DNA of 64,000 bases, taken from assembly GCA_002069725.1 (NCBI GenBank), contig MWBW01000004.1, positions 21,636 through 85,635 on the forward strand, read 5' to 3'. The translations under genes and the position numbers were made by a program. Below the pieces are notes generated by a model. That model was not told the origin of the DNA and made no database searches. It saw only the letters and a program-made list of their open reading frames with translations. Shown in pieces: positions 46,398-54,100 of this stretch. The stretch comes from Firmicutes bacterium ADurb.Bin248. GTDB taxonomy: Bacteria; Bacillota; Clostridia; Christensenellales; CAG-138. The first letter of the stretch is position 1; each line of letters starts with the position of its first letter.

Positions 46398-47906
46398 CTA
46401 TTTGCCCGCCATGGCGAGGCTGATCGCCTGGATCGGCGGCTGCTTGCCGGAGTATTCGCCCATGATCTTGCCCTCGAACATGACCAGTATGCGGTCGGAC
46501 ATCTGCAAAATCTCGTCGAAATCGGCGCTGATGAGCAGCACCGCGCAGCCCTGGTCGCGCGCGGCGATCATCACGTCGCGCACATAGCGCGTGGCGCCGA
46601 TGTCGAGCCCGCGCGTCGGGTGCACGGCCACGAGCAGATCCGGGCGCGCCTCGAGTTCGCGCGCGAGTATCACCTTTTGCTGGTTGCCTCCCGAAAGGGA
46701 GCGGATCTCCTGCTCCGTAGACTGGCAGCGGATGTCGTATTGGGCGCGCAGGCGCTCGGCGTGCGCGCGCATCGCCTTCTTTTTAAGCTGCCAGCCGTTG
46801 AGGTTGCAGAATTCGCACTTCTGCGTGCTCTTGAGCAGCAGGTTCTCCTGCACCGTCATGTTGCCCACAAGCCCCATGCGGTTGCGGTCCTCCGGTATGT
46901 GCGAGACGCCGCGCTCGATGAAATCCGCCGGCGTGAAGTGCGCGACCTTCGCGCCCTTGAGCACGACCTCGCCCGCCTCCGCCTCGATCACGCCGGTGAC
47001 GATCTGGGAAAGCTGGCTCTGGCCGTTGCCGTCCACGCCCGCGATGCCGACGATCTCGCCGCGGCGCACGCTCAAAGAAACGTTCGAAAGCCCGTTGTGC
47101 TTGGAGGACTTGTTATAGTCCACGCCGCGAAGCTCGACCACCGGCTCGCCCGCGGATTCGACCTTCTCGTAGTCGCACTCGATGAGCTCGCGTCCGATCA
47201 TAAGGTTCGCGAGCTCCTTGCCGTCGGTTTCAGCCGCGTTGAGCGTGCGGATGGTCCTGCCCGCGCGGAGTATGGTCACGCGGTCGCTTACGTGCAGAAC
47301 CTCGCGCATCTTGTGGCTGATGAAAATGATGCTCTTGCCCTCTTGCTTGAGCTTTTCGATGACCTTGTAGAGGCCCTCGACCTCGATGTCCGTCAATACG
47401 GCGGTGGGCTCGTCCAGCACGAGTATCTCCGCGCCGCGGTAGAGCGCCTTGAGTATCTCCACGCGCTGCTGCATGCCCACGGAGATGTCCGTCACGCGCG
47501 CCTCGAGGTCGACGTTGAGGCCGTAGCGCCAGGTGAGCTCGAGTATTTCCTTCCTGCGCGCGTCGTGGCGGATAAAAAGATCCTTATCGCGTTTGTCGCC
47601 GAGTATGATGTTCTGCAGCACCGTCATGGCTTCGACCAGCATGAAGTGCTGGTGCACCATGCCTATGCCCAGGCGCACCGCCTGCGCGGGAGACTCGATG
47701 CGGACTTCCTTTCCACGCAGGTAAATGCTGCCCGCGGTGGGCTGGTACAGGCCGATGAGCACGTTCATGAGCGTGCTCTTCCCCGCTCCGTTCTCGCCGA
47801 GCAGGGTGTGCACCTCGCCTTTGCGCACGTCGAAATGGATGTCCCGGTTTGCGTAAAAATCGCCGAACTGCTTGCTGATGTGCTCCATACGCAGGATTTC
47901 TTCCAT
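46398..47906 (-). CDS. ABC transporter ATP-binding protein, duplicated ATPase, 502 aa
   Basis: Two nucleotide-binding domains (GENGAGKST...LVLDEPTA and GVDGNGQS...LSGGNQQK). RBS GGAAGGAG. Confidence 0.9.
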   Translation of the reverse strand: MEEILRMEHISKQFGDFYANRDIHFDVRKGEVHTLLGENGAGKSTLMNVLIGLYQPTAGSIYLRGKEVRIESPAQAVRLGIGMVHQHFMLVEAMTVLQNIILGDKRDKDLFIRHDARRKEILELTWRYGLNVDLEARVTDISVGMQQRVEILKALYRGAEILVLDEPTAVLTDIEVEGLYKVIEKLKQEGKSIIFISHKMREVLHVSDRVTILRAGRTIRTLNAAETDGKELANLMIGRELIECDYEKVESAGEPVVELRGVDYNKSSKHNGLSNVSLSVRRGEIVGIAGVDGNGQSQLSQIVTGVIEAEAGEVVLKGAKVAHFTPADFIERGVSHIPEDRNRMGLVGNMTVQENLLLKSTQKCEFCNLNGWQLKKKAMRAHAERLRAQYDIRCQSTEQEIRSLSGGNQQKVILARELEARPDLLVAVHPTRGLDIGATRYVRDVMIAARDQGCAVLLISADFDEILQMSDRILVMFEGKIMGEYSGKQPPIQAISLAMAGK

Positions 47907-48169
47907 AGATCACGTCTCCTTCCCGAATCGATTCGGATACGACGGCATCAATCGATGTTCCGGTCGGCAGTAAACTCGAAGCTATAGCAACTATAGCAAA
48001 CGCTCCGTACGAAAAGCGTACGGAATGCTGTTATTCTGCCCAAAAAATGCAGATTATTTGATTGCATTCTCGCGAAAGCCTGCGCGGGGACCCCGCGGCG
48101 CGGATCGGTTATAAAAAAGCCCGTTAAAAGGCTGTGGCAAACGCGTTGAAACGCCCGCTGCGCCGCATT

Positions 48170-48211
48170 TCAGCGGCGCAGCCGCTTGTTCTCGCACATG
48201 CGGCAGATCGC
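48170..48211. repeat. 42-nt direct repeat, copy 1 (3' end of the small ORF)
   Basis: tcagcggcgcagccgcttGttctcgcacatgcggCagatcgc. Differs at 2 positions from copy 2, which lies 389 bp away. Confidence 0.9.
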
Positions 48212-48559
48212 CGCGCCGTTTGCGCGGAGCTTGCCGCCGCAGGCATAGACGCGCACGATTTCGGCCTGCTCCAGGATTTTCAGCGCGTCGTCGCGAAAAC
48301 CCGCAAGCAGCTGCGGCGCGTCCTGCGAGAGCTTCCTTACGATGGCGTTGACCTCATCGGTCATCTTATCCGTCAAAACAAGGACTTTGGGCTCCGCGCA
48401 GGAGCTGCCACTGATTTTCGATAGGTGGTCGTTTTGAGCGCACAGGCGGCGGAAACCCTGCTTGAGCAAGCGCAGGAAATCCAGGCATTGCAGGAATTCT
48501 TCCGCGCCGAAAATCTCTATCCTTTCACCATCAATGTCTTTCCCTATGGCGAATTCCAT
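48170..48559 (-). CDS. hypothetical protein, 129 aa, third gene of the HK-RR operon
   Basis: ATG at 48559 shares its A with the RR stop (TGATG). No family recognised. C-terminus ICRMCENKRLRR duplicates the RR C-terminus. Confidence 0.5.
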   Translation of the reverse strand: MEFAIGKDIDGERIEIFGAEEFLQCLDFLRLLKQGFRRLCAQNDHLSKISGSSCAEPKVLVLTDKMTDEVNAIVRKLSQDAPQLLAGFRDDALKILEQAEIVRVYACGGKLRANGAAICRMCENKRLRR

Positions 48560-48600
48560 CAGCGGCGCAGCCGCTTTTTCTCGCACATGCGGTAGATCGC
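48559..48600. repeat. 42-nt direct repeat, copy 2 (3' end of the response-regulator gene)
   Basis: tcagcggcgcagccgcttTttctcgcacatgcggTagatcgc. Confidence 0.9.
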
Positions 48601-49359
48601 GGGTTCGGCCCAGGCGTAGTCGCTCATGAAACGCCCGTCGAAGCGGGCGACGGCGTCCGGCTTGCCCGCCCAGAAATCATAGTAATCGCAGGAAACGAGC
48701 TCACGCCGGATGCGGCAGCTTCCGCGCTCGCGCACGAAGATCTCCTCCAGGCCGCAGGCCTTGAGCGTATCCGTCAGTTCCTTGATGGTTCTCCGGTAGC
48801 CGGTGTTGCCGGCGGTCTTGCTCTCGCTGCCCTCGCAGAGATGCTCGATGATGTCGTGTATGCCGACGTTGCGGCCCTCGTAATACACGCACAGCGCCAT
48901 AAGCTCCTTCGCCTTGGCGGAATGGAAGCGTACGGGCCTGCCGTCCGCGAGCATCTCGAAGCTGCCGAAAGTGTGGAAGGATACGCGCTTCTGCTGGCGG
49001 CTCTGCAAAAGTTTCGCGCGCTCGAGCACGTCGAGTATGTCGTCGCGGTCGAACGGCTTGAACACCATATAATCCGCCTTCATACGGAAGGCTTCCACGG
49101 CAAAGCGCGGGTGCGCGGTGACGAACACGATGATGATATCCCGCCGAAGCCGGCGCAGGCGCATCGCGAGCTCTATGCCGTTCATGCCCGGCATGTCGAT
49201 GTCGAGCATGGCGAAGTCCACCTCGTTGCTCTGCGCGAAGGCGATCGCCGCTGCGGGGTCCGTGAACTTGCCTACGATCTCAAAATCCGGCACGTCCGCG
49301 CACTTGCGCTCGAGCAGCTGCATGTCCAGCGCCATGTCGTCCACGAGTATCGTCTTCAC
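48559..49359 (-). CDS. response regulator, REC plus SARP/BTAD-like wHTH output domain, 266 aa
   Basis: GTG at 49359 after GGGAGGG, overlapping the HK stop (GTGA). REC motifs ILVDDM...LDIDMPGMNG...KP. C-terminal half (FGSFEMLADGRPVRFHSAKAKELMALCVY...) resembles SARP-type DNA-binding domains. Confidence 0.8.
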   Translation of the reverse strand: MKTILVDDMALDMQLLERKCADVPDFEIVGKFTDPAAAIAFAQSNEVDFAMLDIDMPGMNGIELAMRLRRLRRDIIIVFVTAHPRFAVEAFRMKADYMVFKPFDRDDILDVLERAKLLQSRQQKRVSFHTFGSFEMLADGRPVRFHSAKAKELMALCVYYEGRNVGIHDIIEHLCEGSESKTAGNTGYRRTIKELTDTLKACGLEEIFVRERGSCRIRRELVSCDYYDFWAGKPDAVARFDGRFMSDYAWAEPAIYRMCEKKRLRR

Positions 49360-50831
49360 GCGCCCTCCCTGCCCAGCGAGTCCGAATAGCGAAGCAGCAC
49401 GCTCGTGCCGCGGCCCGGCCCGCTCTCGACCTCTATGGCGCAGCCCGGATATTGGTTCATGCGCGTGCGGATGTTGGAAATGCCCACCGACCGGCCGCCC
49501 GTTTCGCCCTCGGGCGTATAACCCACGCCGTCGTCGCGCACGCATACCTCGTAGCAGCCTTCGCCGCGGCGAAGCGAAATGCGCACGGTGCCGCCGCCGA
49601 CCTTGGGCTTTATGCCGTGGATGATCGCGTTTTCGACGATGGGCTGTATCGTCAGAACGGGAATGAGGAAATCCGCGTCGAACAAGTCGTACTCCATATT
49701 GAGCCTGCCGTCGAGCTGGATCTGGTTGATCTGCGCGTAGGCGCGCACGGAGCGCAGCTCCTCGCGAAACGGCACGAGGCCGCCCTCGGCGCTGACGCTG
49801 TCCACCTTAAAGCGCAAAAAACGCGAGAAGTTCTCGGTCATGCGGTAGGCGGCCTCCGGCTCGAACACGATGAGCGCCTGTATGGCGTTGAGCGTATGGT
49901 AGAAAAAATGCGAGCTGATCTGCGTGAGCAGCACGTTCGTGCGGTCGTACTCGAGCTGCCTTTGCAGCGCGTCGATGCGGCTCAGCGCGGCTTCCTTCTC
50001 CATGCGGCGTATGGTCGTATAAGCCGCCGCGCCGGACGCGGCGCCGAAGCTCAGCAGCAGGCTCAGCCCGGCGCTGAGCAGAACGCTCGCGCGCGCGTAC
50101 CAGGGCTTTTCGGGATACACGCTCACGTGCCACTGCGCGTTGTAGATCGGAAACGCGTAGTCGAACCCGTCGCCGATCACGCCGCTGCCGGAGGACAATA
50201 TGGTCTGCTCCGCGCCGGTGTCCGGGTTTACGCGCCAGAGCCTGCACGCGAAGCCCTGCGCGTGCAGGTTTTCGAAGGAGCTCATGCCGCCCAGCACATC
50301 CGGATAATTGAGCGTGACGGAAACGACGCCCCAGAACGATCCGCCGAGATAGACGGGCAGCCTGCCCGCGATGCCCATGCCGCCCTGCACAAGGCTGAAC
50401 GGGCCCGCCATGATCATGGCGCCGCGCTCGATGGCGGATTGCGCCTCCCTGTCCCCCGCGCCGACACCGGTCAGGTCGTGGCCGACGACGTCCTCGTTCC
50501 CCTTGAGCGGGTAGACGTTCGTCACGACGCCGTCCGGCGCGAGCAGAACGTTCCGGACGCCCGGGCCGGTCACGAGCAGGCGCGCCACCTTCTCAAAGCC
50601 GTCGGTGCGGCCGTTGTTCTGCACGACGAACGCCTCGAGGGTCTTGGCTTTGCTCATCTGCGCGGAGAGCGCCTCGTAGACCTGCGCGCTGACGGTGCTG
50701 GCGATGTAGCGCATCTGCTCGTCCTCGCGCGCCTGCCGCCCGTGCTCGATGTAGGCCGACATGCCGGTGAATACGGCGAGCGCGAGAAAAAAAGCAGCGA
50801 CGACCGCGCCGGAGACCCGAAGCTTTCCCAT
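49356..50831 (-). CDS. sensor histidine kinase, LytS/YehU (His_kinase PF06580-type) with about 260-aa extracytoplasmic domain, 491 aa
   Basis: Two TM segments flank a large sensor domain. H-box region LLTQISSHFFYHTLNAI, N-box IQPIVENAIIHG, G1 DDGVG. ATG at 50831. Confidence 0.85.
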   Translation of the reverse strand: MGKLRVSGAVVAAFFLALAVFTGMSAYIEHGRQAREDEQMRYIASTVSAQVYEALSAQMSKAKTLEAFVVQNNGRTDGFEKVARLLVTGPGVRNVLLAPDGVVTNVYPLKGNEDVVGHDLTGVGAGDREAQSAIERGAMIMAGPFSLVQGGMGIAGRLPVYLGGSFWGVVSVTLNYPDVLGGMSSFENLHAQGFACRLWRVNPDTGAEQTILSSGSGVIGDGFDYAFPIYNAQWHVSVYPEKPWYARASVLLSAGLSLLLSFGAASGAAAYTTIRRMEKEAALSRIDALQRQLEYDRTNVLLTQISSHFFYHTLNAIQALIVFEPEAAYRMTENFSRFLRFKVDSVSAEGGLVPFREELRSVRAYAQINQIQLDGRLNMEYDLFDADFLIPVLTIQPIVENAIIHGIKPKVGGGTVRISLRRGEGCYEVCVRDDGVGYTPEGETGGRSVGISNIRTRMNQYPGCAIEVESGPGRGTSVLLRYSDSLGREGA

Positions 50832-50862
50832 GTGCCGCCCGCCCTTCCACGCTGTTTTACCC

Positions 50863-50868
50863 ATTATA
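50863..50868 (-). promoter_or_regulatory. -10 element (TATAAT) upstream of the HK gene
   Basis: On the minus strand: TTTTTTATATAATGGG, about 30 nt upstream of the HK ATG. No clear -35. Confidence 0.35.
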
Positions 50869-51144
50869 TAAAAAACGCGCGGCCCGCGCAATCCGGCACG
50901 CGCCGCGGGAACGAGCGCGCCTTCGCGTTTTCCCGCGCGTTAAGCCGCCCTTCCCCCGTCCGTTCGCGTTCCATTCCTCTATCCCGTGCGGCTGTCTTGC
51001 GGCAGAGCGTGCGCTTCATGGCGAATCCCGGCCGTTTCAGGGAGCCGCCCCGCGCGGGGCGGCGCTTTTCCTTATAATAGAAAAAATGGGCGTATGCGCC
51101 TTTGTGCGCGCATATCGCCATACCGCCGGATGTGGAGGAGCGTC

Positions 51145-54100
51145 ATGAAAAAGCTGATGGTTGCCGCGTTGGTATTCCTGTCGATCCTGACGGCCGCGAC
51201 GGGCCTTTTCGCCCTGACGTCGCCCGTCGCCTCGGTCAACGGGACGGCCTATGATTCCCTTCAGGAAGCCGTGGACGCCGCGGCGCGCGGCCAAACGCAG
51301 GACGAGCGCGCCGTGCTGCTGCTCGCGGATGTGGATCTCGGCGGCGGCTCCGTCGTCATCGACGCCGGAGACGTGACGCTGGACCTGAACGGACATACCG
51401 TCACCGGCACGGCGCAAGCGCTGATCGTGCTCGAGGACGGCGCGCGGCTGGCCGTCACGGACGAGGGATCGGGCTGCGGCGCGATCCTCTGCGCGCTTGA
51501 GGGCGCGGGCTGCGCGATCCGGCTCGAAGGCGGGAGCAGCCTCGTGGTGGAAGCCGGCACGATCGACGCGCGCGGCGAGGACGACGAGGCGGTTCGCTGC
51601 GGCGCCGGTTCCACGGTCGTGGTCAACGGCGGCAGCGTGGATGGGATCGCGCGCGCCAAAGGCGCTGCGGAGGTGCGCAACGAAGGCGAACAGAATGTCT
51701 TGCAGTACGACCTGACGATCGGCGATCCGCCCATGGCGGGCGCCGAGGTGGCCGGCCTTTCGACGATACCGGGGCTGTCGTACCCGTACGGTCCGGCGTT
51801 CACCGGCGGCGAGGGCGTGGTCCACGTCTGGCTTCCCGAGGGGCAGACCTGGATCACCGTGCAGATCGGCTGCGCGGTTTATGCCGGTGAAATCCACGGG
51901 GAAAACCCGTATACGGCGACGCTGAGCCTGACCGGATACCTGCACGACTTCCCGCAGGGATGGCTGACGGACGCCGCCGATCATTGGAAATCGTGCCGGA
52001 ACTGCGGGGAGGAGGCATACCGCGCGCAGCATGCCGGCGGCGAGGCCACATGCACCGAACCTGCCGTGTGCCCGGTTTGCGGCGTCCCCTGCGGTGATCC
52101 GCTCGGACACGACTTCGAGGCCGAATTCACCATAGACATAGAACCCACCTGCACGGAGCCCGGCAGCAAGTCGCGCCACTGCTCGCGCTGCGACGAGGTG
52201 ACCGACGTGACGCCCATCGACCCGACCGGGCACAGGTTTTCGAAGGATTGGTCGGCAAACGACAACGGCCACTGGCGCGACGCGATCTGCGGACATGATC
52301 TGATCGACGAGGGCGGTCCGCACAATCCCGAACCGGACGACGGCGACTGCACGACGGAGATCCGCTGCGCGGAGTGCGGCTTTGTCACGACCCCGGCGAA
52401 GGAACACCTGTGGAGCGCGTGGTATACGAGCAACACGGAGCACTGGCATGTTTGCGAGCACATCAACTGCGCGCGGGAAGCCGACCGCGCGCAGCACGGC
52501 GGCGGCACGGCCACCTGCACCGAACAGGCTGTCTGCGAGGTCTGCGGCAAACTCTACGGCGCGGCTCTCGGGCACGACTTCGAGGAGATCTGGTCGGGCG
52601 ACGGAAGCGAGCATTGGCATGCCTGCACGCGCTCCGGCTGCGCCGAGGCGAGCGGGCGCGCCGCACATTCCGGCGGCACGGCCACCTGCACCGAACAGGC
52701 GGTCTGCGAGGTCTGCGGTAAACCTTACGGCGCGGCTCTCGGGCACGACTTCGAGGCGGTCTGGTCGGGCGACGGGAGCGAGCATTGGCATGCCTGCACG
52801 CGCTCCGGCTGCGCCGAGGCGAGCGGGCGCGCCGCGCATTCCGGCGGGACGGCCACCTGCACCGAACAGGCGGTCTGCGAGGTTTGCGGCAAACCCTACG
52901 GAGCGCTGCTCCCGCACGACTTCGAGGCGGATTATGCCACCGATGTCGAAGCCACCTGCACGGAGGCGGGCAGCAAGTCGCGCCACTGCGCGAACTGCGG
53001 CGCGAAAACCGACGTGACGGAAGTTCCGCCGCGCGGGCACACCTACTCCGCCTCCTGGTCGTTCGATCTCTACGGCCACTACCATAAGGCGACCTGCGAG
53101 CATGGCGGAGGCATCGGATACGCCGCGCACATCGGCGGCGCTGCCACCTGCACGCAAAAGGCCGTATGCGCGGAATGCGGCGCGGCTTACGGTTCCGCAT
53201 TGGGCCACAGCATCCCGAAGATCTGGCTGAGCGACGCAAGCGAGCACTGGCGCGCCTGCGCCCGCGCCGGATGCACGGAAACGGAAGACCGCGGCGCGCA
53301 CACCGGCGGAGAGGCCACCTGCGTCAGCGGCGCGATATGCTCGGTCTGCGGTCTTGAATACACCGCGCCTCTGGGGCATGCCCCGGATACGGAATGGACC
53401 GTGGACACCGCCGCCACCTGCACGACGCCGGGCAGCAAATCGCATCACTGTACGCGCACAGGCTGCACATACCAAACGGATGTGACGCTGGTCGATCCGC
53501 GCGGCCACGCCTGGGGCGAATGGACGACGGTCAATCCCGCGACCTGCACGGCGGAAGGCCTTGAACGGCGCGTGTGCCTCACGGGTCCCGCGCACGCCGA
53601 GGAACGCGCAATCCCGATCGATCCGAACGTGCACGACTGGGGAGAGGGCGTCGTCACCACGCAGGAAACCTGCGTAAAGGCGGGCGTGAGAACGTTCACC
53701 TGCGCGCACGACGCCGCGCATACCAAAACCGAAAGCATCCCCAGCTCGGCCCACACGCACACCCTGTCCTTCAACTCTTTTAACCAGGATCAACCCTGCG
53801 CGCTGGCGGTGACTGTCGGCGGGATTCCGCTTGACGGCGGCGACACGGCCCTCCCCTGCGGAACCCGCTTCACCGTGACGGCCGCGCCGGCCGCCGGCTA
53901 TACGCTGCGCAGCCTGGAGGTAAACGGCATGTCGATCGCCAACGGCAGCACGCAGACGCTGATGGGCGGCAACATGCATATACTGGCCTGGGTGGACCCC
54001 ATCACCTACGGCGTCACCTTCGTAAAGCCCGACCACGGAACCATATCGCCGGCCGGAACGCAAACCGTCAACCACGGCTCCGACATAGCGTTTACGATCG

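Noticed and set aside
45534-47987. 817-aa ORF on the plus strand
   Set aside because: It is antisense to two ABC genes with clear motifs. The translation is low complexity (Arg/Ala/His/Asp).
47907-48169. About 260-nt leader of the BMP-type ABC operon examined for a riboswitch. It contains a CCGTACG-AAAAG-CGTACGG hairpin (about 48004-48022), a CTATAGCAA tandem repeat (about 47981-47999), and AATGCA-11 nt-TGCATT (48046-48068)
   Set aside because: I could not recognise the conserved cores of purine, preQ1, c-di-GMP or other riboswitch classes. The elements may be ordinary operator or promoter features. A covariance-model scan would be needed.
52495-52929. Regular repeats considered as a CRISPR array
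   Set aside because: The units are 171 bp and contiguous with no unique spacers. They are in frame inside a long CDS encoding a repeated protein module. No cas genes are present in the window.
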